From an uncultured Acidimicrobiia bacterium (lineage in GTDB: Bacteria > Acidobacteriota > Terriglobia > Versatilivoradales > Versatilivoraceae): a stretch of 64,000 nucleotides of DNA. The notes beneath the pieces were generated by a model. It had not been told where the DNA came from and did no database searches. It saw only the letters and a program-made list of their open reading frames with translations. The stretch covers positions 128,001-192,000 of the forward strand of contig CAWBAT010000004.1 in the NCBI GenBank assembly GCA_963786955.1, in the 5' to 3' direction. Position numbers and translations under genes: made by a program. Positions 9,606 to 19,736 of the stretch are shown here, one piece after another; position 1 is the stretch's first letter; the number at the start of each line of letters is the position of its first letter.

Positions 9606-10001
9606 ATGAAAATGGACAAAAGCAAATATGACTCTATTGGGAAATTGAAAAATGGCCTTTTCAAGGAGCACTTCAAGGATGGCACCTTGTCCTGTGTTGG
9701 GAAATACAGGAATGGTGAGAAAACCGGAGGATGGAAATACTATTTACGTAATGGCTTGTTGAAAGCATTTGGAAAATATGCGAATGGTAAGTTAACGGGA
9801 AAGTGGAAATGGTATCGGGAAAATGGAAAGCTCATGCAGACAGGTGAGTTTAAGGACGAGAAAAGAGTAGGGCTGTGGAAAAGATATCATCCCAATGGGG
9901 CGTTATATGACGAGGGCGAATTCAAGGATGACCCAAAAACAGGTGAATGGAAAATTTATGATCTCAATGGAACTCTCATCAAGACAAGGAAATTTAGATA
10001 A
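9606..10001 (+). CDS. MORN-variant repeat protein (YwqK antitoxin-like)
   Basis: Tandem GxWKxYxxNGxLxxxGx(F/Y) repeats; visibly AT-richer than its neighbours. Confidence 0.85.
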   Translation: MKMDKSKYDSIGKLKNGLFKEHFKDGTLSCVGKYRNGEKTGGWKYYLRNGLLKAFGKYANGKLTGKWKWYRENGKLMQTGEFKDEKRVGLWKRYHPNGALYDEGEFKDDPKTGEWKIYDLNGTLIKTRKFR

Positions 10002-10226
10002 TGAGTCCCCTAAGAATTCGGAACTGAAGAACCAAAGGCAAAACAATAGGTTCCAGCGGCCACACTAGTCCGGATTTCTCACCACCAGCGCCGCATTTCC
10101 CCTCACCCCCTGAAGCATTCTCAAAGCTTCAGCCTCTCACGCGTTGGGGCGAGGGGAGCCGATAATTCATTATTGGCTTCCTCTTTCCAAAGGAGAGAGG
10201 AGGTGGAAAGAAATTGTCGAACTGTT

Positions 10227-10258
10227 TGTAGGGAACGCTCGCCGCAGCGTTCCCTACA
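10227..10258. repeat. GTAG-type REP palindrome
   Basis: TGTAGGGAACGC-TCGCCGCA-GCGTTCCCTACA, perfect 12-bp stem. Confidence 0.7.
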
Positions 10259-10441
10259 TTGCCAAGGAACTCTGAATTCAAATGGTTTCGCTACTCTATT
10301 GTTTCTGTTTTCCCCCAGTGGTGAGAAATCCGGGCTAGCGGTACCGTTGAACTGAAATACGAGCTTCATCAACTCAATAGCCCCATATTGTTATACTGGT
10401 GACCAACGACTTAACTGTCTGCACGATTAAGGAGGGTAACC

Positions 10442-11122
10442 ATGAACGAATCGATCTTGTTACATACCCGCCGCCGTCTTCTCGCGGGCATGACGATTGG
10501 AACCGCCGCGTTAGCCGTACCCGGCCTCTTCAGTATCTCTGGCCTCTTCGCTGAAGAACTCATGCTTACGCCGCGCCAGACGGAGGGGCCGTTTTATCCC
10601 GACCACCTGCCGCTCGACACGGACAATGACCTGATCATCGTCAACGATGACATCACACCCGCAGTCGGTGAAATCACGCACTTGAGCGGGCGCATCCTCG
10701 ATTCCAAGGGTGATCCCATTCGTGACGCGCTGGTCGAAATCTGGCAGGTCGACAACAACGGGATCTATCTGCACTCCGGCAGCAACAATCATGCGGCGCG
10801 AGACTCGAACTTCCAGGGCTTCGGCCGGTTCCTGACCGGCTCCAGCGGCGAATACTATTTCCGCACCATCAAGCCGACACTCTATCCCGGACGCACGCGG
10901 CACATTCATTTCGCCATCAAGATGAAGGGCCGAGAGAAGTGGACCACCCAGTGCTACGTCAAAGGCGAACCACAGAACGAGCGCGATTTTGTCCTTAAAG
11001 GAGTCACAGACCTCGAGGCGCGCGAGTCCTTGATTGTGGATTTCAGCCCGGTAAAGGGGTCGCGCATTGGGGAATTAGCCGCCCAGTTCAATATCGTGTT
11101 GGGGTTTACGCCCGTAGTGTGA
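10442..11122 (+). CDS. intradiol ring-cleavage dioxygenase (protocatechuate 3,4-dioxygenase-like), Tat signal
   Basis: TRRRLLAG, EGPFYP, VEIWQ..NNGIY and RTRHIHF Fe-ligand motifs. Confidence 0.9.
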   Translation: MNESILLHTRRRLLAGMTIGTAALAVPGLFSISGLFAEELMLTPRQTEGPFYPDHLPLDTDNDLIIVNDDITPAVGEITHLSGRILDSKGDPIRDALVEIWQVDNNGIYLHSGSNNHAARDSNFQGFGRFLTGSSGEYYFRTIKPTLYPGRTRHIHFAIKMKGREKWTTQCYVKGEPQNERDFVLKGVTDLEARESLIVDFSPVKGSRIGELAAQFNIVLGFTPVV

Positions 11123-11130
11123 GCAGGCCA

Positions 11131-11269
11131 TTCGAAGACATGCAGACTGCCCATGTCTTCGACACCCGGTGTTCTCCGTGGCTACCAGGCAACTCTGTTC
11201 GAAGACATGCAAACCACGCATGTCTTCGCCACCCAGCGGAGAGAAAAGCATTCTCCGTGGCTACCAGGC
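11131..11269. repeat. tandem REP-like units (CGAAGACAT hairpin family)
   Basis: Two TTCGAAGACATGC-N-CATGTCTTCG(A/C)CACCC hairpins (11131, 11198), each followed by TTCTCCGTGGCTACCAGGC, between convergent genes. Confidence 0.85.
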
Positions 11270-11274
11270 TTCCT

Positions 11275-12654
11275 TCAGAGCAATGTCCCGTGGAGAATCA
11301 TGGACGCGATGGAGAAATAGATAACCAAACCCGTCACATCCACCAGGGTCGCGACAAAAGGCGCTGAGGATGTCGCAGGGTCAAATCCCAGGCGTCTTAA
11401 TAGAAATGGGAGGAGCGACCCAGACAAGGTTCCCCAAAGCACCACCCCAACGAGAGAAAAGCTAACGGTGAAGGCTACCAATAACCAGTGGGGACCATAA
11501 ATATTGGAGAAAATCGACCAGACGGAGATTCTCAAGAACCCGATACTGCCTAATATTGTACCCAGAGCCAAACCCGAAAAAATTTCCCGCCGCATCACCC
11601 GCCACCAATCAGAGCCCCCCACCTCACTCAAGGCAAGAGCGCGGATCACCAGAGTGGAGGCCTGAGAACCGGAATTTCCACCGCTGGAAATGATGAGCGG
11701 GACAAAAAGAGCCAGCACCACCGCCTGCGCGATCTCGTCTTGGAAATGACCCATGGCCGTTGCAGTGAGCATTTCCCCCAGGAACAATATCACCAACCAA
11801 CCGGCACGTTTCTGCACCATGCGCCAAAAGTTAATCTGCATGTAAGGTTCATCTAAGGCTTCCAAACCGCCGATTTTTTGAATATCTTCTGTGGCGGCTG
11901 CCTCCGCAACGTCTAAAACATCGTCAATGGTGACAATGCCAACGAGCACCCCGTGAACATCCACAACGGGTAATGCCGTGCGGTCCTCTTCCTTGAATAC
12001 TCGGACAGCTGTTTCCTGAGTGTCAGTAACTTGGAGTGCAATGAAGTGGTGATCCATCAACTCGGAAACCTTCTGACCCAAGGGGGCCAAAAGAAATTCT
12101 CGGATGCGAATGTCATCCAGCAACACCTTGTGGTCATCGACCACATAAATCACATTGAGCGTTTCGCTGTCTTGCCCCGTCTCCCGGACAAAATCGAGTA
12201 CCTGCGCTACCGTCCAGTCCTCCTTTATGGAAATTAAATCGGGAGTCATCAAACGGCCGACGCTCTCCTCGGGGTATTCCAAGAGGGACATGGCCACAGC
12301 CCTTTCATGGGGCGCCATCATGTCCAACAACCGTTTCGACTTCGTTTCCGTAAGTTCTTCCAACAGGAGTGTTCTGTCGTCCGGGGACATCTCATTCAAG
12401 ATACCGATGGCTTCATCTTTTGCCATCGCCTGCAGCAGGTGTTCCTGCGTACTCGGCAAGAGGTATTGGAAAGTTTCCACGGCTTTTCTTCTCGAAAGGC
12501 TTCTTAAGACGACCACCTGTTCCGAGGCGGGCAGATCGCTCATCAGCTCTGCCAGATCGTTGGGCGGATAGTCTTTCAGCACCGTCGGAAGCATGGCATA
12601 ATCATGCGCCTTCAAAACCTGTTTGGCTCCCGGCAAAAGACGATGAATGGGCAT
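11275..12654 (-). CDS. mgtE: magnesium transporter MgtE
   Basis: N-domain + CBS pair + TM domain, GGNSGSQ, PFVATLVDV. Confidence 0.97.
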   Translation of the reverse strand: MPIHRLLPGAKQVLKAHDYAMLPTVLKDYPPNDLAELMSDLPASEQVVVLRSLSRRKAVETFQYLLPSTQEHLLQAMAKDEAIGILNEMSPDDRTLLLEELTETKSKRLLDMMAPHERAVAMSLLEYPEESVGRLMTPDLISIKEDWTVAQVLDFVRETGQDSETLNVIYVVDDHKVLLDDIRIREFLLAPLGQKVSELMDHHFIALQVTDTQETAVRVFKEEDRTALPVVDVHGVLVGIVTIDDVLDVAEAAATEDIQKIGGLEALDEPYMQINFWRMVQKRAGWLVILFLGEMLTATAMGHFQDEIAQAVVLALFVPLIISSGGNSGSQASTLVIRALALSEVGGSDWWRVMRREIFSGLALGTILGSIGFLRISVWSIFSNIYGPHWLLVAFTVSFSLVGVVLWGTLSGSLLPFLLRRLGFDPATSSAPFVATLVDVTGLVIYFSIASMILHGTLL

Positions 12655-12804
12655 ATCAAAACTCCTCGGGGTTTTTGATTCAGTAGAAAGGAACTCGGTT
12701 GTTTCTTAATGGTTAGTCGGATTCATTCATGTGTATTGCTTTAGCCGGGGCCGTTGAGCCCGACCGTACCTAGCAGATCCAGTCACAACAAGAACCTCCG
12801 CGAC

Positions 12805-14277
12805 TTAGCGCTCAAAAGGATCCCTCCTGGGGAGGAGATGCTTTTGGATCTTCCCCAAAGCATTGCGTGGCAATTCGGTTATTTCAACGAATCTCTGTGG
12901 GATCTTGAACGATGCCAGATTCTTGGAACAAATCTCCTTCATCCATTCCGGATTAAATTCCCCCCGAGGGACAATATAAGCGATCGGCACTTCACCCCGA
13001 ACAGGGTCGTGTATGCCAATAACGGCGGCCTCTGCAACTCCCTCCTGTTGTTCCAGAAATTCCTCCACTTCCCTTGGATAGACATTGAAGCCACTGGAGA
13101 TGATGAGGTCACTCCTTCGTCCACAGATTGTGTAATATCCGTCCCCGGATCTCATCGCCAAATCTCCGGTGGCGAAAAATCCGTCTCTGAATGCGTTTGC
13201 GGTTGCTTCCGGTTTTCGCCAATAGCCGCTAAAAACGCTAGGGCTGCGGACATAGATTTCTCCCGTCTCATTGTCCCCAACAGCGTTCCCGAAATCATCC
13301 AGCAGCTGAACACTTACGCCAGGCAGAGGGCAACCGACTGTTCCCGGCCGACGCTCGCCGATATAAGGGTTACTGGTGATCATTAAAGTTTCTGTCATGC
13401 CATAGCGTTCCAAAATGGGATGCCCGAATTTCTTGTGAAACTCTGAAAATACTTCCGCGGACAGCGGTGCCGAACCGGAAACAAATAATCGCATCTGACG
13501 GCCGATTTTCTGGCAGATTTTAAATGGCAATTCCAACAGGTAAACATAGATCGTTGGGACGCCAAAAAACAAAGTTGGTCGGAAACCGACGAAAGTGCTT
13601 TCCGCCTTGTCCCGTTCATATTTCTCCCACAATCTCAGTCTGCATCCGGAAAAAAGCCAACAATGGAGGCCATTCCCAAGACCATGGACATGGAATAAGG
13701 GGAGGCTGAGAAGGAATCGATCTGCCGAATTTATTTGCCAAAAGGACAAAAGCGTCATGGCATTGGTTGTAAAATTCTTACGAGTAAGAACAGCTCCTTT
13801 GGGAGTTCCCGTCGTTCCAGAAGTATAGATGATGGCGGCGGGCGCGTCTTCGTCTACTTTCAGCGGGAGACGATGCGAGGGCATCTGTGAAGCCTTCGTT
13901 CCCACAATTGCCGGGTCCCAAACCGGGACTGTGCTGCAGATCGACTGACTGGCCAAGATCGCGCGCGGTTCTGCATCCTCGACAATTCGAGTAATTTCAC
14001 GCTCCTTGTAAAGGACATTGATGGGAAGAAAAACCGCGCTTAGCTTAATGCAAGCCAGATAGGCGAGAAGGAAGTCCAATCCATTGGGCAGGTAAACACC
14101 TAACCGATCTCCTGGGATCAATCCTTGCTGGTGGAAGAAATGGGCCCACTGGTTGCTCCGAAGTTCGAGCTCGCCGAATGTCAAGGTTGTGAGCGTGGAA
14201 GAACCCGATTGGATCTCGAGTCCAACTGAATCTCGCCGATCGACTAACGAAATGTCAAAGAAGTGAAGAAGATCCAT
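12805..14277 (-). CDS. acyl-CoA synthetase (malonyl-CoA synthetase MatB-like)
   Basis: YTSGTTGTPKG, LPLFHVHGL, ERYGMTE, LPRNALGKIQK. Confidence 0.9.
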   Translation of the reverse strand: MDLLHFFDISLVDRRDSVGLEIQSGSSTLTTLTFGELELRSNQWAHFFHQQGLIPGDRLGVYLPNGLDFLLAYLACIKLSAVFLPINVLYKEREITRIVEDAEPRAILASQSICSTVPVWDPAIVGTKASQMPSHRLPLKVDEDAPAAIIYTSGTTGTPKGAVLTRKNFTTNAMTLLSFWQINSADRFLLSLPLFHVHGLGNGLHCWLFSGCRLRLWEKYERDKAESTFVGFRPTLFFGVPTIYVYLLELPFKICQKIGRQMRLFVSGSAPLSAEVFSEFHKKFGHPILERYGMTETLMITSNPYIGERRPGTVGCPLPGVSVQLLDDFGNAVGDNETGEIYVRSPSVFSGYWRKPEATANAFRDGFFATGDLAMRSGDGYYTICGRRSDLIISSGFNVYPREVEEFLEQQEGVAEAAVIGIHDPVRGEVPIAYIVPRGEFNPEWMKEICSKNLASFKIPQRFVEITELPRNALGKIQKHLLPRRDPFER

Positions 14278-14346
14278 GATTGGGGCGCGGCGATAAGAGA
14301 GGGCCCAGCCTTTCAGGTTGCTTCAGGCTGAAAAGAAGGGAACTTG

Positions 14347-15018
14347 CTAGACCTGAATCATCTTCAAATCTTTGTCGACTCTTATTTCTGCTTCGGTTGA
14401 ACGGGTCACTTCATCCACAGAGAGTCCTGGAGCAATTTCACGCAAAAGCAAACCGTTGGGGGTAACGTCGAGGACCGCCATTTCCGTGATGATGCGTTTG
14501 ACCACGCCTAATGCCGTCAATGGCAGCCGACAGTTCCTTTGAATCTTGGGCTTCTGGTCCTTTGTCTTATGCTCCATGGCCAAGACTACTCTTTTGGCGC
14601 CGACCGCCAGGTCCATCAAGCCGCCGACTCCCTGAACTTTTCTTCCCGGTACCATCCAATTGGCCAGATTGCCCGATTCATCGACCTCGTCTGCATCCAT
14701 AATGGACAAATCGAGGTGTCCTCCGCGAATCATGACAAAAGCTTCATCCACTGAAAAGTAACAGGAGGCCAGGGTTCTTGAAAGAATTGCATCCCCTCTT
14801 TCATGGTTGGGCAAATCTTCCCCTGTTGAAACAAGAGGGCGAAAGAACGCCAGTTGCCCTTCTTCCTCGAGCAGCATGACCTCGATTCCAGGAGGGATGA
14901 ATTGGTTCACGAGCGAAGGGATTCCCTTCCCCAGATTCACAGTTCCTCCGTCTTGCAGCTCCTGTGCGGCTCGTTTGGCAATGAATTCGTGGGTCAGATT
15001 CATGAAGGTCCTATTCAT
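14347..15018 (-). CDS. scoB: 3-oxoacid CoA-transferase subunit B-like (divergent)
   Basis: VNLGKGIP, MIRGGHLD, GNLANWMVPG, MDLAVGAKRV; the SENG motif reads EEEG. Confidence 0.8.
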   Translation of the reverse strand: MNRTFMNLTHEFIAKRAAQELQDGGTVNLGKGIPSLVNQFIPPGIEVMLLEEEGQLAFFRPLVSTGEDLPNHERGDAILSRTLASCYFSVDEAFVMIRGGHLDLSIMDADEVDESGNLANWMVPGRKVQGVGGLMDLAVGAKRVVLAMEHKTKDQKPKIQRNCRLPLTALGVVKRIITEMAVLDVTPNGLLLREIAPGLSVDEVTRSTEAEIRVDKDLKMIQV

Positions 15019-15707
15019 TCAGTGGCTTGGTTCAGTTCTTGGGCCGAGGCTAGGATTTCTTTCTGGACGACGCGCTGAACGAAGATCCCGGGAGTATGAA
15101 CCTGATTCGGATCCAGCTGACCGTCTACTACCAATTCCTCCACCTCAGCAATCGTAATATCCGCTGCGGCGGCCATTGTTGAATTAAAATTGCGAGAGGT
15201 CGTTTCATAAATCAAGTTTCCAAAGCGATCCCCCTTCCAGGCCTTGATAAATGCAAACGTGGCTTTGAGGGGAAATTCCAAAACGTAATTCTTTCCGTTC
15301 AGTGTTCTGGTTTCTTTATTCTCAGCCAGGATCGTTCCGAATGCGGTTGGAGTAAGGAATCCTCCGAGCCCCGCGCCTCCCGCACGGATGCGCTCTGAAA
15401 AAGTCCCTAGAGCATTCAGTTCAATCTGCAACTCCCCTTTTTTGACGAGATCCTCAAAAAAATGGTCCTCGCCGACGAAGGCGGCAATCAACTTTTTAAC
15501 CTGATGCTTTTCCAAGAGAATTTTAACCCCTTGGCCGTTGCTTCCAAGATCATGAGAGATGATGGTCAGATTCTTGGTTCCTTTCGTATAGAGCATATTG
15601 ATGAGACTTTGCGGGATTCCCTGATCTTCAAAGCCACCGATCATGATCGTTGCTCCGTCGACCAGGTCCACCATCGTCTGCTGGATACTGGGGAATATTT
15701 TGTTCAA
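15015..15707 (-). CDS. scoA: 3-oxoacid CoA-transferase subunit A-like (divergent)
   Basis: DGATIMIGGF, ERIRAGGAG, RNFN, VHTPGIFV; TTG start. Confidence 0.8.
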   Translation of the reverse strand: MNKIFPSIQQTMVDLVDGATIMIGGFEDQGIPQSLINMLYTKGTKNLTIISHDLGSNGQGVKILLEKHQVKKLIAAFVGEDHFFEDLVKKGELQIELNALGTFSERIRAGGAGLGGFLTPTAFGTILAENKETRTLNGKNYVLEFPLKATFAFIKAWKGDRFGNLIYETTSRNFNSTMAAAADITIAEVEELVVDGQLDPNQVHTPGIFVQRVVQKEILASAQELNQATE

Positions 15708-15745
15708 GTGCGCCCTCGGAGAATGGAATTATATTTTTGCCGAAT

Positions 15746-16771
15746 TCACGCCAGACTTCGACCGAGTACGGCAGCAATCTGACCCAGCTCCCGGATGAGC
15801 GTTTCGAATTGGTGGGGATAGAGCGATTGTGCCCCATCGCTGACGGCCTTCTCCGGATTTGGGTGGACCTCAACTAACAGACCGTCAGCGCCCGCGGCCA
15901 CCGCCGCGCGAGCCATGGGAGGAACTTTGTCGCGGCGCCCGGTCCCATGAGAGGGGTCCGCGATGATAGGTAAGTGCGAGAGTTTCTGGACAACCGGGAT
16001 CGCGGAGATGTCCAAAGTGTTTCGAGTATAATTTTCAAAGGTTCGAATGCCGCGTTCGCAAAGAATAATATTCTGATTACCCCCTGCCAGAATGTACTCC
16101 GCGGACAACAACCACTCCTCTATGGTTGCAGCAATCCCTCGCTTCAAAAGCACGGGCTTCTGGATTTTGCCCAGTTCTTTAAGCAAATTGAAGTTCTGCA
16201 TGTTGCGTGCTCCAACTTGCAGGATATCCGTGTAGTCAAGCATCAAGGGGATCTGAGTCTGATCCATGACTTCGCTGATGACAAACAAGCCGAAACGATC
16301 CGCGGCACGCCGCATCAACCGGAGCCCTTCTTCCCCGAGGCCCTGAAACGAGTAAGGTGAGGAACGCGGCTTAAAGGCTCCTCCACGCAACACCGGGATA
16401 TTGCTCCGGGAAACTAGCTCCGCAATGGTCTCGATCTGCTCCTCGTTTTCGACACTGCAAGGGCCTGCCATGATGACCACTCGTTCGCCGCCGATCTCCA
16501 GATTCTGCCTGGCATTGGTCAACCGAACGCGCGTGCTCTCAGGTTTGAATTGGCGGCAAGCCAGTTTGTAAGGAACCGTGATTCGCACGACTTCTCCGAC
16601 GCCTTCCAAAATTTCGATTTCCTTGGGATCGACGACCTTCCTGCCTACCACGCCCAAGACGGTGCGATTCACTCCGGTGGAGCGATGGATATCAAAACCC
16701 AAATCGACCAGTTTCTCGACCACGTGTTGGATCTGCGCTTCTGAAGCGCCTTCCTGCATAATCACAACCAT
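15746..16771 (-). CDS. aroF: 3-deoxy-7-phosphoheptulonate (DAHP) synthase, class I beta
   Basis: [30 protein letters not shown]. Confidence 0.96.
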   Translation of the reverse strand: MVVIMQEGASEAQIQHVVEKLVDLGFDIHRSTGVNRTVLGVVGRKVVDPKEIEILEGVGEVVRITVPYKLACRQFKPESTRVRLTNARQNLEIGGERVVIMAGPCSVENEEQIETIAELVSRSNIPVLRGGAFKPRSSPYSFQGLGEEGLRLMRRAADRFGLFVISEVMDQTQIPLMLDYTDILQVGARNMQNFNLLKELGKIQKPVLLKRGIAATIEEWLLSAEYILAGGNQNIILCERGIRTFENYTRNTLDISAIPVVQKLSHLPIIADPSHGTGRRDKVPPMARAAVAAGADGLLVEVHPNPEKAVSDGAQSLYPHQFETLIRELGQIAAVLGRSLA

Positions 16772-16786
16772 GAGTGCTCTCGCTCC

Positions 16787-17056
16787 TTATTCTTCATGGA
16801 CAATTCTTTCCACCCGCCTGGACTCATCCAAAATTCTCTCAAAGAGCCGCTTCAAAGCTTCGTTCTCGAGAGGACCCCGATTGTCACGCAAAAGTCTTTC
16901 CAGGATTTCTTTTTCACGCTGGGGATCGTAAACGGGGAGCTGCTGCTGGCGTTTAATCTTCCCGATTTCAATCACACAATGAGATCGTTCACTCAGCAAT
17001 TTCGCGAGTTGCTGATCGATCTCGTCAATCCGTTTCCGCCAGTGGCTGATATCCAT
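16787..17056 (-). CDS. chorismate mutase (AroQ type)
   Basis: WRKRIDEID...IGKIK...VYDPQRE. Confidence 0.92.
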   Translation of the reverse strand: MDISHWRKRIDEIDQQLAKLLSERSHCVIEIGKIKRQQQLPVYDPQREKEILERLLRDNRGPLENEALKRLFERILDESRRVERIVHEE

Positions 17057-17059
17057 ACC

Positions 17060-17854
17060 TTACATTCCTCCTCGTAACCAGCGGGTGAACTCTCCTACCT
17101 TCTTTGCCAGCGACGGGTCTCCTAAATTCTCTTCCATACAACGGACGATGGCACTTCCAACGACGACACCATCCGCAACGCGCGCGACCGCTTGAACTTG
17201 CTCTGGCGTCGAGATTCCAAAGCCCACTGCGATCGGAAGCGCGGAATGTTGCCGGATTCTCTCGACGAGCAGGCTGGCTTCATCCGATACAGATTCCTGG
17301 ACTCCGGTCACTCCCGTCCGGGATACCGCATAGATAAACCCGGAAGAATAGCGGGCGATCTTCTTAATGCGTTCGCTGGTGCTGGTTGGGGCGGCGAGGA
17401 AGACACAATCCATGGAAGACTTTCTCAAGCTGGCAACAGGGATTTCTGCTTCTTCGACAGAAAGATCCGTGATCAGAAACCCATCCACGCCGCTGGCTTT
17501 CGTTTCCCGGATCAAGGATTCAAAACCATACGCAAAGAGCGGATTATAATAACTAAACAAGATGAATGGGACTTCCGTTATCTGTCGCAATTCGCTGACC
17601 AAACGGAACGCTCTCGGAAGTGTGAACCCTCCACCGTTTAAGGCGCGCTCGCTGGCTCTTTGGATCACCGGCCCATCGGCGACCGGGTCGGAAAAGGGAA
17701 CACCCAGCTCAATCAAGTCCGCCCCCGCTTCCGCCAGAGCGAGTACCGTCTGACGCGTCGTTTCAAAATCCGGGTCTCCCAATGTGATAAAAGGAATGAA
17801 CGCTTTTTTCCCTTCCTGTTTCAGCTGCTGAAATTTTGAACTGATCCGGCCCAT
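17060..17854 (-). CDS. trpA: tryptophan synthase alpha chain
   Basis: ELGVPFSDPVADGPVIQ, VSRTGVTG, VVVGSAIV. Confidence 0.97.
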   Translation of the reverse strand: MGRISSKFQQLKQEGKKAFIPFITLGDPDFETTRQTVLALAEAGADLIELGVPFSDPVADGPVIQRASERALNGGGFTLPRAFRLVSELRQITEVPFILFSYYNPLFAYGFESLIRETKASGVDGFLITDLSVEEAEIPVASLRKSSMDCVFLAAPTSTSERIKKIARYSSGFIYAVSRTGVTGVQESVSDEASLLVERIRQHSALPIAVGFGISTPEQVQAVARVADGVVVGSAIVRCMEENLGDPSLAKKVGEFTRWLRGGM

Positions 17855-17880
17855 TGTTCTAAATATTGAAGAGCGAGTCG

Positions 17881-19107
17881 CTACTGAGAGGTTGCGGCCA
17901 CCGTCTGAACATCTTTGTCTCCGCGACCTGAGAGATTAATGATGACGAGGTCTTTTGCCCCCAAACCGGGAGCGATTCGGATGGCTTCAGCCACCGCATG
18001 AGCGCTTTCCAAAGCGGGAATGATTCCTTCCAGCCGACAGAGGAGATGAAACGCGTCCAGGGCCTCCTTGTCATTCACCGAGGTATAGCGGATTCGACCG
18101 ATGTCATGCAGGTAGGCATGTTCCGGCCCTACGGACGCATAATCTAAACCAGCCGATATGGAATGGGTTGTGGCGATCTGCCCATCTTCCGTCTGTAAGA
18201 CATAGGAGTAAGTCCCCTGCAGGATGCCAGGCTTGCCTCCTTCAAATCGGGATGCATGATCCCCCAAGCATTTTCCCCTTCCTCCAGCCTCGACGCCGAC
18301 CATCTGAACCGCAGAATCCTGCAGGAAAGCATGAAACAATCCGATGGAGTTGCTGCCGCCTCCGACACAGGCAAGGAGCAGGTTGGGAAGTCTGCCTTCC
18401 TTCTCCAAAATCTGATGGCGTGCTTCCTTTCCGATAACGGACTGGAAATCCCGTACCATCAGAGGATATGGGTGAGCACTCAGTACCGAACCGAGCAGGT
18501 AGTAGGTGTGGCGCACGTTGGTTACCCAATCCCGAATCGCTTCATTAATCGCGTCTTTAAGAGTCTTGCTCCCGCTGTTCACACCATGCACTTGCGCCCC
18601 CAGGATCCGCATCCGATAAACATTCAGCTCCTGGCGCTTCATGTCCTCGACTCCCATATACACTTCGCAATCCAATCCAAGCAGAGCGCATACCGTGGCT
18701 GTGGCAACGCCATGCTGCCCTGCCCCTGTTTCCGCAATGACCCGTTTTTTTCCCATTCGCTTTGCAAGCAAAGCCTGTCCCAGGCAGTTGTTGATCTTAT
18801 GGGCCCCGGTATGATTGAGATCTTCCCGTTTTAGATAAATTTTTGCTCCCCCCAAATGGCGGGTTAGCCGATCGGCATAAAACAGGGGGGTGGGTCTGCC
18901 GGAATAATTCGCGAACAGCCAGCTCAATTCTGTTTGAAAAGCGGGATCCTGCCTTGCTGCGAGGTAAGCCTGTTCCAGTTCATCGAGAGGCTGCATCAGC
19001 GTTTCCGGAACAAATTTCCCGCCGTAGGAGCCATAATGGCCGGAATCGTCGGGCAACTTTGGTACAGAGGGAAACGACATAAGCCTCCTATTCTCCCCGG
19101 AACTCAC
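17881..19107 (-). CDS. trpB: tryptophan synthase beta chain
   Basis: [33 protein letters not shown]. Confidence 0.98.
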   Translation of the reverse strand: MSSGENRRLMSFPSVPKLPDDSGHYGSYGGKFVPETLMQPLDELEQAYLAARQDPAFQTELSWLFANYSGRPTPLFYADRLTRHLGGAKIYLKREDLNHTGAHKINNCLGQALLAKRMGKKRVIAETGAGQHGVATATVCALLGLDCEVYMGVEDMKRQELNVYRMRILGAQVHGVNSGSKTLKDAINEAIRDWVTNVRHTYYLLGSVLSAHPYPLMVRDFQSVIGKEARHQILEKEGRLPNLLLACVGGGSNSIGLFHAFLQDSAVQMVGVEAGGRGKCLGDHASRFEGGKPGILQGTYSYVLQTEDGQIATTHSISAGLDYASVGPEHAYLHDIGRIRYTSVNDKEALDAFHLLCRLEGIIPALESAHAVAEAIRIAPGLGAKDLVIINLSGRGDKDVQTVAATSQ

Positions 19108-19733
19108 GCGTCAAACCGGAATTGATGAATCTGGTGGAAAAGGGCCGTCATTCTTTCGGGGTCCTTTTTACCGGGTTCACTCTCAACGCCACTGCAAATA
19201 TCGACCGCATAAGGATGAACCTGACGAATAGCCTCAACGATGTTCTCGTGCTTCAGCCCACCCGCCAGGATGATCCGTCCATAGGCTTTGGCGGCAACCG
19301 CAATCTCCCAATTGAAAACCTTTCCCGTACCACCCATGAGTTCAGGATCGAAGGTGTCCAGCAGATAAGCCCCCGCCGAATAGGCACTCAATAGGGCTAG
19401 ATCAAATTCGGGGTCCACACGAAAGGTCTTGATCACCCGAAGTTCATCCACCTTTTTCACATATTCCGGAGATTCAGATCCGTGGAGCTGCACCGCATTG
19501 AGTCCCACCGCATGCGCAATGCTCGAGATCCTCTCCGGACTGAACTCATCCGCAAAAACTCCAATTGTAGAAACCAAAGGGGGTAGCTCTTCAATAATCA
19601 ACTTGGCTTTGGACGGCTCGATATAGCGGGGGCTCTTCTTGCAAAAATTGAACCCCAAGGCGTCCGCGCCTAGATCGACCGCCAATTGGGCGTCTTCCAA
19701 GTTGGTAATCCCGCAGATTTTTACTTTGACCAT
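19104..19733 (-). CDS. trpF: phosphoribosylanthranilate isomerase
   Basis: [33 protein letters not shown]. Confidence 0.96.
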   Translation of the reverse strand: MVKVKICGITNLEDAQLAVDLGADALGFNFCKKSPRYIEPSKAKLIIEELPPLVSTIGVFADEFSPERISSIAHAVGLNAVQLHGSESPEYVKKVDELRVIKTFRVDPEFDLALLSAYSAGAYLLDTFDPELMGGTGKVFNWEIAVAAKAYGRIILAGGLKHENIVEAIRQVHPYAVDICSGVESEPGKKDPERMTALFHQIHQFRFDA

Positions 19734-19736
19734 GGC

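Noticed and set aside
9606-10001. Complete toxin-antitoxin module
   Set aside because: MORN-repeat protein only, with no cognate toxin next to it.
11131-11269. Possible mini-CRISPR array
   Set aside because: Only two units, the intervening sequences are themselves repeated, the loops vary, and there are no cas genes; REP-like instead.
12655-12804. M-box riboswitch upstream of mgtE
   Set aside because: The spacer is short and lacks the consensus; only a small REP-like hairpin is present.
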